Translations under genes and position numbers: made by a program | The notes under the pieces: generated by a model | The model's database searches: none | The model's input: the letters and a program-made list of their open reading frames with translations, nothing else | What the model was told of the DNA's origin: nothing | In this document: positions 12,784 to 27,539 of the stretch, in pieces | Layout of the letters: the number at the start of each line of letters is the position of its first letter | Numbering within the stretch: position 1 is the first letter of the stretch | Assembly: GCF_006345805.1 (NCBI RefSeq) | Contig: NC_043012.1 | Location: 9,300,001 to 9,364,000 of the forward strand | DNA length: 64,000 nucleotides | Direction: 5' to 3' | Source of the DNA: Octopus sinensis | Taxonomy: Eukaryota

Positions 12784-13212
12784 GTGCCCTGATGCAGTAC
12801 CAGGCAGTGGCTCTCATGGATTCTGATCTTAACTGATTGGAAGTGTTATCATGTACATTGTTTGGTCTTGGTATAAAAGATGGGCTACAGCAATATTCTG
12901 ATCAAACCACAGATTTGGATAATTCACCTTTGGAACATGTGTTTCGTTCAACATCCTTAAGTAACCCTTATTTAGGGACCTTTTGAGTAGGATGGGCTAC
13001 TCGAAAAAAAATTCTAACAGGGCACCATCTGCAAGGTCATGCGCTGATTATCTTGATACAGGATCACCATGTCACGCACATATGATTGTGATGCATGTGT
13101 CAGGTGTACCCTCATCAGAGGGGTAGTCATGATGGGTATGCTGGGCTTCGTCTATTTTATCCCAGTGTCACTTTGATGGCATGCACTGCTCTCTCATACA
13201 ATAATAATAATG

Positions 13213-13275
<63 letters not shown>

Positions 13276-13826
13276 TAATAATAATAATAATAAGTGCCCT
13301 GATGCAGTACCAGGCAGTGGCTCTCATGGATTCTGATCTTAACTGATTGGAAGTGTTATCATGTACATTGTTTGGTCTTGGTATAAAAGATGGGCTACAG
13401 CAAATATTCTGCTCAATACCACAGATTTGCTTGTCAGTTGTTTGACCTTAACCAGTTGAGCATGTCCCTTAGTGGCTGACGATATGTGCATCTCTGATCA
13501 TGAGCAGAAGTAGTGGGGGAGCATCATAGCCATGTGTTGAGAGGGATTCTTTGGGGTTTGAATAGTTCACCTCTGGAAACATGGGTGGTTCTTTCAACAT
13601 CCTTAAACAACCCTTATTCAGGGACCGTTTGAAGAAAATTCTAACTGGGCCCCACCTGCAAGGTCATGTGCTGTTTATCTTGATATGAGATCAGCATGCC
13701 GCGCACATATGGTTGTGAAGCATGTACCTGGTGTACCTTTATCAGACGGGTAGTCATGATGGGTATATTGGGCTTCGTATATTTTACCCCAGTGTCACTT
13801 TGATGGCATGAACTGCTCTCTCACTC

Positions 13827-13873
<47 letters not shown>
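12345..13873 (+). mobile_element. Three head-to-tail copies of an (AAT)n-tailed retroelement 3' region
   Basis: Copies at about 12345-12690, 12782-13200 and 13292-13828. Each ends ..gtcactttgatggcatg.actgctctctca..(AAT)n. Copies 1 and 2 share an internal deletion. Confidence 0.8.
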
Positions 13874-13875
<2 letters not shown>

Positions 13876-14204
13876 CACTATATATCTATACATATAGCTA
13901 TCTATTTATCAATATATTAGTTCAACCAGTTTATCAAAATCCCTTAGCTTGGTCTTGACAAGGCTGTTCCATTTCCAAGTACCACATTCTATCTTCTGCT
14001 TAATATTTAAATATTTCAGGATTGACCCGAATGAAAAAATATGTCGCCCAAGAGAGACTTCAATTTGAACAATGTTCATGATGTTTCATATTTAGATACT
14101 TTTATTAAATTTCTTCTCTTGTTAAACATAAGTAAATCTTGGAGTTAGATGGTTTTGATTTTGCTGTCGAGTGACTTTTGGGGCCAATCTTGTATTCATA
14201 TATA

Positions 14205-14431
14205 TTACTCTTTACTCTTTACTCTTTTACTTGTTTCAGTCATTTGACTGTGGCCATGCTGGAGCACCGCCTTTAGTCGAGCAAATCGACCCCGGGACTT
14301 ATTCTTTTGTAAGCCCAGTACTTATTCTATCGATCTCTTTTGCCGAACTGCTAAGTTACGGGACATAAACACACCAGCATCGGTTGTCAAGCAATGCTAG
14401 GGGGACAAACACTGACACACAAACACACACA

Positions 14432-14477
<46 letters not shown>

Positions 14478-14638
14478 TACGACGGGCTTCTTTCAGTTTC
14501 CGTCTACCAAATCCACTCACAAGGCATTGGTCGGCCCGAGGCTATAGTAGAAGACACTTGCCCAAGGTGCCACGCAGTGGGACTGAACCCGGAACCATGT
14601 GGCTGGTAAACAAGCTACTTACCACACAGCCACTCCTG
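14205..14638 (-). mobile_element. CORE-like SINE (family A), full length
   Basis: Near-consensus copy with (tttactc)n tail and internal (TA)n. Confidence 0.92.
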
Positions 14639-14886
14639 TATATATGTGTTGGCTTGCTCACTTAGCCAGTGGGATGGCGTCATTTGAAGGCTAAAACAAT
14701 GCGAAGCGCATTGTGACCAGCGATGTGTAGCAAAATCTGATGATCTGGTCGGTCACGGTGATGTATATATGTGTGTATGTATGTATGTATGTATGTATGT
14801 ATGTATGTATGTATGTATGCGTGTGTGCGTGTGTGTGTATGTGTATGCGTGTGTGTGAGAGTAGTATATAATAAATATTCATAGAA

Positions 14887-15145
14887 CTATGTCATGGAAT
14901 ATTTAGTCCATATGTTGACAGCTGTTTCGTTATGTTGCACCTTGCTACAGCACAGATGCTAAGCGACCTTCATACACATAAATGTACATTTAGACATGCA
15001 TATATAGTTGGGATGTAACATCCAGCTGCACAAATATAAACATATATACTTAAGTATATGACGCCTGTTTTAGCATCGATGGTCAAGTTGGAAATAGATT
15101 ACGAAGCAGCTGACAATATATGTAATAAAAATTTCTTGTCACACT
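14887..15145. mobile_element. Degraded Penelope-like inverted pLTR pair
   Basis: Minus-strand ACGAAACAGCTGTCAACATATGGACTAAATATTCC (about 14887-14931) matches plus-strand ACGAAGCAGCTGACAATATATGTAATAAAAATTTC (15101-15145). GAAA plus palindromic ACAGCTGT plus C resembles the 3' half of a hammerhead. Confidence 0.45.
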
Positions 15146-15361
15146 TACCTGAATGTTCCTTACTTACTACATGGTGATTTAGTGATGTTTTGAAATCATT
15201 TAATCATTCATACAAGTGAAAATTTACTGTCAGTTTCTTCATATTTCTGGAATGTTGTGACCGGGGAAGGTTTATTTAATGCATTAAATAAACCTATTAT
15301 ATGTTACGCGAAACTGAAGGGTGCGTATTACATTTCAAAATATCACTACTTGGTTTGATGT

Positions 15362-15425
<64 letters not shown>

Positions 15426-15948
15426 CACGCACGCACAGACACAAACACACACGTATTTGTGTGTCAGTGTACGCGTATTCATATATAATGTATCGCATAT
15501 ATACGAATACATTTGTGTAAATATATATAAATTTATATTATAAGATATAGATTCAGAGGGTTGTGTGGCTTTCACAGTAAGCTCCTCTAGAGGTCTCGGT
15601 TAACAGATCACACAGTAATCCAACAGAGAGAAGTATTGTACAGAGTATTCATGCAGCTGAAATTCAGATATGTATATATGTGTTTTTGTCCGTGTGTGTG
15701 TGTGTATGTGTGTGTGTGTGCTTGCATATTCCTATGTGGTAGTTAACACTCATGAATTTTGGAAGGCATAGATTAATTCGTGCAATGGAGACATTCATCC
15801 AGTGTGCACAGCAGCTAAATATTACTTGCAGCTATGACTATTGTGTTTGTGTAAATCTTCGTACTGAAGGAATCAATCTTGAGTACACCCATAGAAAGAT
15901 TATTTATATATATATATAAATACACACACACATACATATACACACACA

Positions 15949-16019
<71 letters not shown>

Positions 16020-16034
16020 ATATATCTTTCTCTC

Positions 16035-16253
16035 TCTTTATTTGTTTCAGTCATTTGACTGCGGCCATGCTGGAGCACCGCATTTAATCCAGCAAATCGA
16101 CCCCGGGACTTATTCTTTTGTAAGCCCAGTACTTATTCTATCGGTCTCTTTTGCCGAACCGCTAGGTAACGGGGACTTAACACTCCAGCATCGGTTGTCA
16201 AGCAATGCTAGGGGGACAAACACAGACACACAAATATACACACGCATATATAT

Positions 16254-16309
<56 letters not shown>

Positions 16310-16475
16310 TACGACGGGCTTCTTTCAGTTTCCGTCTTCCAAATCCACTCACAAGTCTTTGGTCGGCCCGAGGCTATAGTAGAAGACACTTGCCCAAGGT
16401 ACCACGCAGTAGTAAGACTGAACCCGGAACCATGCGGTTGGTAAACAAGCTACTTACCACACAGCCACTCCTGCG
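16035..16475 (-). mobile_element. CORE-like SINE (family A), full length
   Basis: All family blocks are present. Confidence 0.9.
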
Positions 16476-16487
16476 TATATATATATA

Positions 16488-16533
<46 letters not shown>

Positions 16534-16769
16534 TACATGTGTGTAATTAATATATTTATGCGTTTTCGTATACACAGAAGCACACATATACACACACACG
16601 TCCATAGCATACATATTTATACTGGCATATTTCTGTTGCCGACATGTGTAAATGCTTCTAAATTTTGTTTCTCTTTAATGATGTTGAAATAAACATCATA
16701 TCAGTTCCAGAATAACAATAACGCTAATGGAAGCTCCAAGTTAACAATATTGGTAGGTACTCCTATTAT

Positions 16770-16817
<48 letters not shown>

Positions 16818-16822
16818 ATATA

Positions 16823-16873
<51 letters not shown>

Positions 16874-16874
16874 G

Positions 16875-16905
<31 letters not shown>

Positions 16906-16948
16906 TATATACATACACACATATATATATATATATATATACACATAT

Positions 16949-16996
<48 letters not shown>

Positions 16997-17009
16997 GTAT
17001 AAATATCCC

Positions 17010-17094
<85 letters not shown>

Positions 17095-17152
17095 CATATG
17101 TATAAATATCCCATATATATATATATATATAATATATATATAATATATGTAT
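16770..17152. repeat. Long interrupted (TA)n tract
   Basis: Read directly. Includes a duplicated acatatgtataaatatccca unit. Confidence 0.95.
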
Positions 17153-17634
17153 AACTATCCCATATTTAGCTTAATTTTTAATGACGGCGTGTTGGGGAAC
17201 TTATGATTGATTTAGTAATAAATATGAAAGAACTTAATTTATCAAAGATATTTTAACTGATTACAACAGTTTCGGCTTGTAGCGTTATCCGTTAACTAGT
17301 CTTGGGAAATCTCAGAATTTTATCTAATATTTGCAATCCATCTCATTTATGGTACAAATCTCTTATGAGAGTGTGTCCAATTTATGTGGCCATCTTTCTT
17401 CGCCGTATTTCTTACAAATGGTTTCTAACTCCATCCAATCAATATTCTCGTTCTTTTGTTTGTTCAATTTATCCCACGTCGCCTTTTGTCATTTCGTATT
17501 CGCTACAATTAATAATTTATAGATGTTCCCGATTTTCTGTGGTATTACTAATATTTGAATTCTTAACAACGATTCGACGGCAATACCCTTACAGTTAAAG
17601 CCTCTCCATTGGTTATGATATACATGTACACACG

Positions 17635-17688
<54 letters not shown>

Positions 17689-18033
17689 AGCATACTACAC
17701 ACACACACACGCACGCATACTACACACACCCACACACACCCACAATAAAGAAAGAAACTAAAGCTGATAAGAGAAAGGAGCCAAATTTGAAATCATTTCA
17801 GAAAATCCCTTATGGTCGAACCGCAATTCATATATAACCTAATTATAAAGTCATTAAATTTTGACTGTGGCTGTTGATTTGTTGTGGTTTTAATCAGATG
17901 ATGAAAGGTAGCGCCTATCACCGTTTTGAAGGTCATATGTACGATTGGTGGGAGGAAAGGAGAGGGTTGTTCTAAGAAAGAGAACTGGTATGAATAATTG
18001 CAACAGAGTCGGGCCACCGTTACTCAATATATA

Positions 18034-18262
18034 TTTCTTTACTGCCCACAAGGGGCTACACACAGAGGGGGCAAACAAGGACAGACAAAGGGATTAAGTC
18101 GATTACATCGACCCCAGTGCGTAACTGGTATTTATTTTATCGACCCCGAAAGGAGGAAAGGCAAAGTCGACCTCGCCGGAAAAGGAACTCGGAACGTAAC
18201 GACAGACGAAATATGGCTACGCATTTCGCCCGGCATGCTAACGATTCTGCCAGCTCGCCGCC
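18034..18262 (-). mobile_element. Full-length Nin/Deu SINE with 15-bp TSD
   Basis: TSD GTTACTCAATATATA at 18019-18033 and 18265-18279. Head GGCGGCGAGCTGGCAGAATCGTTAGC on the minus strand. Confidence 0.9.
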
Positions 18263-18404
18263 TTGTTACTCAATATATACCACACATCTGCGATGTGTGT
18301 GCAAAGGTTGGCAATATTTCCCAAGGGTAGCACATGCATGCAAACCACCGATGCCTATCCAAGAGAAAGGCCGTCAGTTTTACCGATGAACCCTCGCCAC
18401 AGTT

Positions 18405-19830
18405 TGCTACTTATCCTATCGACCTCGATAGGATAAAGTGCAAAATTGACCTCTGCTGGCATTTGAAGTCAGAGTATGGAGAATAGGAACGAATGCCAAG
18501 AAATAGTATATCGAACATTCTAAAGAATTTGTCAGGTTACGCCTGGTGACCTTGCGGTCCACATCAAGTTCATCTAAGGATGATGAAGTTGTATTGACCT
18601 TAAAGTCAGGCGACAGAGTAACTCAGGGACTTAGTAACAGGAACTATCTTACCCTGTCCACCAGTCCACACCGTTTTATTTACACAGTTTTACTCCAAGG
18701 ATTTCGTTGGTTTAGAGCCTTGACGGACGGTACCTTTCCAAGGTGTTATGACAAAATACGAAACCACTTATGTAACGAACATTTTAACCAGACACCTATG
18801 ATTAATCTGATCTATAATCAAAGATGAAATAGGCTCCACCATGACCATCTTATCGATTGTATACCAGCGACTACTTTACCTAAAGTACGATTCATTATTC
18901 AAAATACTAGGGAATAACTTGCAGGAAACTTAGTTGCTATTTAATATAAGTGGGTGGAGATCTGACTGGGGTATTGAATGAGGTTATTAAATTGGGGTCA
19001 TTTGGTTGAATGGAATGTGGTAGGGTTTGAACCTAGAACATGCATAAACATAACTAAATACAGTAAAGTGTTTTCTCTCTTGATGATTTCCTCCATAGAC
19101 AAGAATTAGAAAGTTTTTGTTCATAGAGTTTAGTCGATACCATGAATTCCATTGCTTGTTTGCTATTTTATTTTGTCAACACCGTATGATGTAAGGCAGA
19201 GCCGGCTGCGGCGGTGTTTGAAATCAGAATGTAAATAGCAGGAATAATACCGCTATAAATGTTGTCCGAATTTCAAACAATTCTGCCAATCCATGGTCCA
19301 TCTGTCCTCAAATAACAATTTCTGATTTAGATATAAGATAACAATTTTGAGGGGAAGGGGTAGAGGATATCATCGGATCCAGGACTTGGCTGCTATTTTA
19401 TTTTATCCATTTCAGAGAGATGTAAAGCAATGTCGACCTCAGAGGCATAAAGAGCTGAAAGAAGGCAGCAATTTCAGGCGTAAGCTGTTTCCGTCAACAC
19501 TCGTGCTCTGAAAGGACAAACGGCAAAGTCGACCTGAGCATTAAGAGGTGAAATAATACCGCAGTGTACTTTGTCTGACGCCTTACTGATTCTGCTAACC
19601 AATTGTCGGTTTATATCAACAATAAAAAGCCATTTCTGGAGCAATTATGGAGTAGGGCGTAAGCTAATTACGTCGACACCAGTGCTCAGCTACTACTTAT
19701 TTTATCGACTCTGAAAGGATAAGAGACAAAGACAACCTCTGTGGAATTTGAACTAAGAACGTGAAGACGGACGGATCGCAGTTGCACATTTTGTCTGGCG
19801 TGCATTAGCGATTCTGCCAGCTCGCTGCCT
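18405..19830 (-). mobile_element. Cluster of about 5 old Nin/Deu SINE remnants in the same orientation
   Basis: Degenerate tcgac..aaggata..caaag.cgacctc..ttgaa.tcagaa blocks near 18410, 19130, 19370, 19500 and 19670. Confidence 0.65.
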
Positions 19831-20224
19831 AACAATAATTATTTCTAATATTGATAGAAAGCAGCCATTAAGTCGATCATTATATAGTGGCATGACTGAA
19901 AGGTATTTTAAACGATATTTCTATCCGATTTTTTCTGTCCGCCGTCATTGTGTATGCTGTAATTATACACATTCAACGGCTTCTATATCACGATAATATT
20001 AAAGAATTTGTGTTGAGGGAGGTGTTGAGAAGTGACTCTGAATCAGCTTAGCGTAAGATTTTATTTAATCCGAGGTTGATCCAAATTGGGTTAACAGCTA
20101 TACATCAAAATTGTTCCAACAATGACAATCCCGTCTGCTTATTTTACACATCGTATGTCTTATTCTAAATCATTCAACAATATTATATATCACCTGTACT
20201 AAGACAACAGTGTTGCTTCTGCTC

Positions 20225-20403
20225 ATGATTATGACGGTAGTGGTGGTGGTGGTGATGGTGATGATGATATTACTGGAGATGGAGGTGGCGGTGCTGCTGT
20301 TGCTGATGGTGATGGTGGTGGCGGTTACGATGGTGACGACGACGATGATGAGGATGAGAATGACAACGATGACGATGACAATCACGATGATGGTGATGAT
20401 GAA

Positions 20404-20475
<72 letters not shown>

Positions 20476-20483
20476 GATGATGA
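20225..20483. repeat. (GAT/GGT)n trinucleotide tract
   Basis: Read directly. Source of the poly-Met and poly-Ile pseudo-ORFs. Confidence 0.95.
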
Positions 20484-20670
20484 TTCTGACTATTTCTGCG
20501 TTGCCATATTCTTTAAAGAACTGTTGCTCTATTAAGAACAAAATGAAATATTTCTGTTCTAACCACCTTTATTTTTCTTCAATGCACCTCGTTATCTTAA
20601 AACATGATCACCATACTGAAATTTAATGTTGAAATTTAAAGAAACCGACATAAATGAACTAAAGAAAAAT

Positions 20671-20706
<36 letters not shown>

Positions 20707-21653
20707 AAGAGAAAGAGAGACAAAGAAAGGGAGAGAGAGAGAGAGAGAAGAGAAACAATACATCAACAAAATACATTCTAAAAGATTCCATCGACCAATC
20801 AGCATTAGACAACTATTTTTCGCTTTTCATTGTAAATGATTTCTCTTATAAAAAGGTCAAACCGAATTTCTTGCTTCATTACAGCAAGGTTAATTTTCCT
20901 GTCAGAACTGAAGTTATAATAACTCTGATGGCTGCCATCAAATCAAGATTCAACGAGCCACCAGTTCATTTCCTCTTTATTTCTCCCCTTCTATCCTTCA
21001 TTTCTTTTCAGCTATATATATATATATATGTAGCACTGGATTACTTCTTTAGAAATGTATTTTTGTTCCAATGCAAGGCTCCAGAAAATAGAAGAAAGCA
21101 CAAACCACACACGAACTAATTACCTTGATAGTAATGATTCTGACAATGTACTATTATTATTAGTATTGTTATTATTATCATTATTTAGAAGTAAAAGAAA
21201 AAAAAATCACCAGTAACATTATCCTCCTCTCCCTCCTCCTAATCCCCCTCCTCCTCCTTCTCCTCGTCTTCATTATTATCATTATTATTACTCGTTAAAC
21301 CTTTCAAATGATTAAAAGTTAATTATCAAAATGGACGTGTAATTATAATTTCCTGGCGGCATACGCATTACAAGTAACCTTGTGTTGTGCGCCGGTTATT
21401 TAGTTCGTCTTAACATCTGACCATTAATCCCAATCGTGAATGGAGGATAGAGCCATTTATTCGAATCTTCCTTGTAATATTTATTGTGACTTCAATAGAT
21501 AGATGAACGCCACCAATGAACGTTTGATTGCAGTAGGATGTGCAGTGATATCCAAATTTGAAACTGTGCGCAACTACTTTTCTGGTCTCTTCTGTTTCTT
21601 TAAAACATTGGTGCATTTCAATTATGAAGAAAAATATATTTATATACTGACCG

Positions 21654-21679
21654 ATCTATCTATCTATCTATCTTTTCTT

Positions 21680-21754
<75 letters not shown>

Positions 21755-21869
21755 GTCTGTCTGTCTGTCTGTCTACCCCCCTACCAACCTACCTACCTAC
21801 CTACCTACCTACCTACCTACCTATCTATCTATCGATATGTCTATCTATCTGCCTATCTGTCTATCTTCG

Positions 21870-21926
<57 letters not shown>

Positions 21927-21935
21927 GTCTATCTG

Positions 21936-21974
<39 letters not shown>

Positions 21975-21981
21975 GACTACT

Positions 21982-22060
<79 letters not shown>

Positions 22061-22077
22061 GTCTATCTGTCTATCTG

Positions 22078-22124
<47 letters not shown>
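21654..22124. repeat. (TATC)n/(TACC)n/(TGTC)n compound microsatellite
   Basis: Read directly. Confidence 0.95.
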
Positions 22125-22235
22125 CGGAAAATTCTCCTGGTTTCACAAAAAGGCAACAAATCGTAGACTTACCAACTAATTACACTTAACCCTCATCTCA
22201 TTAAATTATTTGAGTGAGTTAGATCTTGAGTAACT

Positions 22236-22502
22236 CACATTCTGGAGAGTCACAGCCTACCTATTCGCAGCCAGCGTAGCTTTCGCAATGACAGGGTTAA
22301 CCTAACACAGCTCCTGCGTCTCTTTGATGGCATCCTAAAGGCTCTGGGTGATGGCTCCAGTGCAGGTTCCATACATCTTGACTTCAGCAAGATCTTCGAC
22401 AACGTTGATCATAGCATGCTATTAAATAATCTATTCAACATTGGAAATCAAGGAAAACTATTAGAATGGATAAAATGTTTTCTGATGAACATTAAACTGC
22501 AG
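22236..22502 (+). pseudogene. CR1/Jockey-group LINE reverse transcriptase fragment
   Basis: Open frame HILESHSLPIRSQRSFRNDRVNLTQLL..ALGDG..IHLDFSKIFDNVDHSMLL..GNQGKLLEWIKCFL matches the pattern QHGFR..CLTQLL..YLDFSKAFD.VDH..G..GKLL.WI..FL. Confidence 0.8.
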
Positions 22503-22832
22503 CTTTTACTTCGACAATTTGAAATTTTACATTTTCTCATTTCCAGGGAGATTGGAAACTAAACCAAATAATTCAAAGTCTTGTCGTCCGGACACTATAC
22601 ATCTGTTAAATTTGATTGGCTAAATTATCTATATGTTGATTGGATAGAGTAAAGCATGTATACGTTGATTGGATGAAGTCTCTACATGCCCAGTTAAGAG
22701 GCCAAATCTGTATATTTTTGTGTAATTGTACAAATCCAAACATGTTGAATTAATAGATGGAGTTTGTAGATATTGAAGTAATAGGTCAAGTTTTGCATTT
22801 GTTCAAGAAATACACACACACACACACATACA

Positions 22833-22873
<41 letters not shown>

Positions 22874-23486
22874 TTATATATATGGCTTGATAGATTCTGA
22901 GAATCCACAACAGCAGATTGTGATTACGTCTATGTTGATTTAATACGAACAGCTCGTATATATTGAATGGCTTGGCGCTGTATGAAGATATTGATTTTTT
23001 TTCAGAGACAAACTTTAAACGGTGTTTGTATATACACAACTTTTACATGTTCACTGGAAATATATAGCTCTTAAACGCTGAGAATAGAGAATGGAGAAGG
23101 TGTCTAGATTTTAAGCGAATGATATTTCAGGCGATACAAATGTCTCTGCTTTATATTGCATATCTAAACAACGTGATTCTTTTACACTTTACATCACTAA
23201 GCAACGACACAGTGCATTAATATCAATGATTTCAGACCAATTAATGTATGCATTCGTACATACACACACACATACATACATATATACATACATACATACA
23301 TACATACATACATACATACATACATACATACATACATACATACATACATACATACATACATAATACATACATACATAATACATACATTCATACATACATA
23401 CATTCATACATACATACATACATACGTACATACATTCATACGTACATACATACAGACAGACAGACATACACACAAACAAGCAAATT

Positions 23487-23945
<459 letters not shown>

Positions 23946-25219
23946 CGCGCACGCACACACATACGTACTCACAGATACACACACATACACAGATATACAC
24001 ACTCACACGAATGCAGTTACATTTTAATACTTTTCAAATTAAACCAAAGCGCCATGTTGTCTACATCTATTAACATTTTTCCTTTGTGTTATTCATTTTT
24101 GATCTGTTAGAATTGGTAAGGCGTTAACAATCATCCAGCAACTCAAAGAAATATCCCCGGGAATTGTTCTACACTTTTCGGTCAATATTTTAGTCTCTAA
24201 ACATTCTGCACCGACTTATTTAATTGTGAAGCTACTGAAATAAAACTGAATTAAGAGCAAGTGGTTCTGTACAGACGCAAATTTAATTCTTGTAATATAT
24301 TTTGTTTTAAAGATCTATGGCACTAACTTTAATGGAATATCTTTATCGTGGAATATTCTTTGGAGACTAAAATATTTCCGTGAAAATGTCATTTGATTTA
24401 AAATTGTCATTTCTTTTCGTAGCTCTAACAAATTTAAGAACAAACTTCTCTTTAAAAAATTCTTCCAAATCAAATGAATGTTTGTTCTTACAAGTGGAGT
24501 TTAGCAAGAGCATTTGGTACGATTTGCTAGGATGAGCTTAATGCTAAACAATTACGAACATGTAAAGATAAAAGCTTATACTAGTATTTGTTTTAAACAT
24601 TATTTGTAAAGTTGTGAAATTCTGTTTCGACAATAGCATAGTAATAAAAGTTACGCGATATTCTGCAGGCGTAAATCTTGTTACACGGTACTTTATCTAA
24701 TATGGTTTCACTGCTTTTTAAAACGGTCATACGTTTACGGACCAAACATACGCGTATGTACGCACATTTGTAAGTATTCTTTAAAATTTCATTAAGCAGG
24801 TATGCACATACGCATATATACACTTGCTCTCCTACACACAAACTTATGCATAGAAAAAAAACAACAAAAGCAAAACCACTATGTTCCGGAATATGTCTTC
24901 GAATTAAAGAGAATAACTTTGTCAGACTGTTATTACTAAACAGACATCTAGATTTATGTGTGTACATATATACTTGATATATGTAGATATGTAGATCTAT
25001 ATCAATGTACCTATCTGTCAGTTCGCCTATTCTATCCTCCCCTCTTTCTCTCTCTACACACACATACACATACACGCACACTCACTCACATACATACGCA
25101 CACACACGCACACGTATGTGTATGTGTGTGTAACTTAAAAATAACATATCAAGATAAACACTGGCCAACAAATTCTAACTTTTTTCTGATGACCTAAGTT
25201 TCAGACGGAAGAAATACCT

Positions 25220-25843
25220 ATTTCTATTTCTTTACGACCCACAGAGAGGACAAACAAGGACAGACAAACGAATTAAGTCGATTACATCGACCCCAGTGCA
25301 TAACGGGTACTTAATTTATCGACCCCTAAAGGATGAAAGGCAAAGTCGACCTCGGCGGATTTTGAACTCAGAACGTAACGGCAGACGAAATACCGCTAAG
25401 CATTTCGCCCGGCATGTTAACGTTTCTTATTTATTTACTGCCCACAAGGGGCTAAAAACAGAGGGAACAATCCAATGATAGACAAATGGATTAAGTCGAT
25501 AATAGCGACCCCAGTGCGTAACTGGTACTTATGTAATCGACCTCGAAAGGATGAAAGGCAAAGTCAACCTCGACGGAATTTGAAGTCAGAACGTAGCGGC
25601 AGACGAAATACCTATTTTTTTACTACCCACAAGGGGCTAAACACAGAGGGGGCAAACAAGGATAGACAAACGGATTAAGTCGATTATATCGACCCCAGTG
25701 CGTAACTGCTACTTATTTAATCGACCCCGAAAGGATGAAAGGCAAAATCGACCTCGGCGGAATTTGAACTCAGAACGTAACGGCAGACGAAATACTGCTA
25801 AGCATTTCGTTCGGCGTGCTAACGTTTCTGCCAGCTCGCCGCC
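25220..25843 (-). mobile_element. Head-to-tail trimer of Nin/Deu SINE
   Basis: Three units of about 200 bp, each with AAGGATGAAAGGCAAA.TC.ACCTCG. Junctions at about 25427 and 25612. Confidence 0.9.
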
Positions 25844-25998
25844 TTCTTACTATCAAGAGAATGTACAAAAGATACCATAGTTAAACATTTATCTTTTAGT
25901 TATGAATATTTTATGTATCTAGACATCTATTTAGACAAACCTAGATATATCATTATGTTCTTTATTGTTTTCTCTCTTTTCACACTTATTTCAGTAGC

Positions 25999-27525
25999 AT
26001 GGCTTCATTGCGACGGAAGTGTTTGAATTCCCCTGGCTCTTTTTTTTTATATACGTGGGTGTTTTTTCATAGTACCATATCAAAGAATGAACGTTAGTGA
26101 CTTTGTCAAAATATTCCACTAGGCATACTTTAAGATTAAATTTGGTGACTAGGATAAATCGTGGGCCGTGCACAATGTATGTAAACCCCGCGTCGAAAAT
26201 CGATGCGAACGGCCAAAGGTCATAAGCAAACAACTAACATTTGGCATTCCTATAGTATGGCGGGAGCAAAGGACCATGTTAACGATTTCTACTTTTGTCT
26301 CACAAAGACTTCTGGTTATAGTAAGAGAATACGTCAGAAAATTAGTTGCCCAAATTTGGATTCAAGACTTCATCCACGAATCCACTCAGATGAAATACCA
26401 GGACCCGTTTTCAAGGATCTACATTCACTGCAAGGCGAAAGTGATATATGTAAAGTAGATGTAAAACGTGAACATAAGAATGGTACAGACTTTGTAGAGA
26501 CGTCAAGCAAAGAACGTGAAAACATCAACCAGGCAGAACCTAATGATTTAGTTTGAGACCTAGGACTGTGAAAAGGGTTATCAGAATTGTTAGCTTCTAG
26601 GCTTAAAGAGAAGAATTTTTTGCAGAAAGAAACAAATCTGACTTTTTTTTTATCAGAACAGGGGAAAAGATCACTTAGCTTTCTTTACGACTGGAAAATA
26701 TTTTTTTACTGTTGTGACGTGGTGGGACTATTAAACACGATGGATGTTGAACAGTATGAGTCTAATGAATGGATACTCTTTATAGACAGTTCAAATTACT
26801 CCATAATGGAAACTTGGTGTGCTTCCCATTGGTCACACTGTGCACTTAAAAGAGAATTATGATCACATAAAAGTTGTATTAGGTTTACTCAAGGTCATAT
26901 GTGTGGATCTAAAAGTGGTCAGCTTTTTACTTGGCCAACAAGGAATGCTTACCAAATATCCGTGTTTACTGTTTTTTATGGGATAGTCGAGCGAAAGACA
27001 AACACTGGGAATAGAGACTCTGGCAAGTTAGGAAAAGTTTGACCGTTGGGGGGAAGAATATCATACACCAACCACAGGTTGAGCGAGAGAAAATCATTTT
27101 CCCATACCCACCGCTTCATATTAAACTAGGACTAATGGAGCAATTTGTCAAAGCTCTTAATGTACATGGTAACTGTTTCAAATTCATATGTACATTTCCT
27201 GGCCAACTTATGATAAAATAACGGCTAGTGTTTTTGATAGGCCACAAATTAGAAAGTTAATGGAATGCAAATTTATCGAGTTCGATGACTGACGTAGAAA
27301 AAAGAGCATGGAATTCATTTGTGGCTGTGGTGAAAGGATTTTTGGGGGATAGAAAAAGCTGCAAACTACAAGGATTTGGAGAGGACATTACTTCATAGCT
27401 TTCATCTTTTAGGCTGCAACATAAGCATAAAGCTTCATTTCCGCAATAGCCATCTCGATGTATTTCCAGCTAATCTCGGAGACGTTAGCTATGGGCATAG
27501 TGAGAGTTTTTATCAAGCAATCAAT
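25999..27525 (+). pseudogene. Decayed Chapaev3-like (CMC) DNA transposase
   Basis: Collinear frameshifted motifs: MASLRRKCLNSPGSF, DKSWA, FGIPIVWREQ, DHVNDFYFC, NQAEPNDLV, ELLASRLKEKN, EWILFIDSS, ICVDLKVVSFLLGQQG, WDSRA, PPLHIKLGLMEQFVKAL, PQIRKLM, LGCNISIKLHF, NLGDVS. Family name is from recall. Confidence 0.75.
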
Positions 27526-27539
27526 GCTAGTGTCCTAGT

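Noticed and set aside
20170-20626. Poly-Met and poly-Ile ORFs
   Set aside because: They come from the (GAT)n tract.
25220-25843. CRISPR-like repeat-spacer array (also considered for 52090-52458)
   Set aside because: The units are homologous over their whole length, with no unique spacers and no cas genes, in a eukaryotic context.
27039-27221. Intact transposase gene
   Set aside because: It is one fragment of a frame with many stops and frameshifts, truncated by a SINE, so it is a pseudogene.
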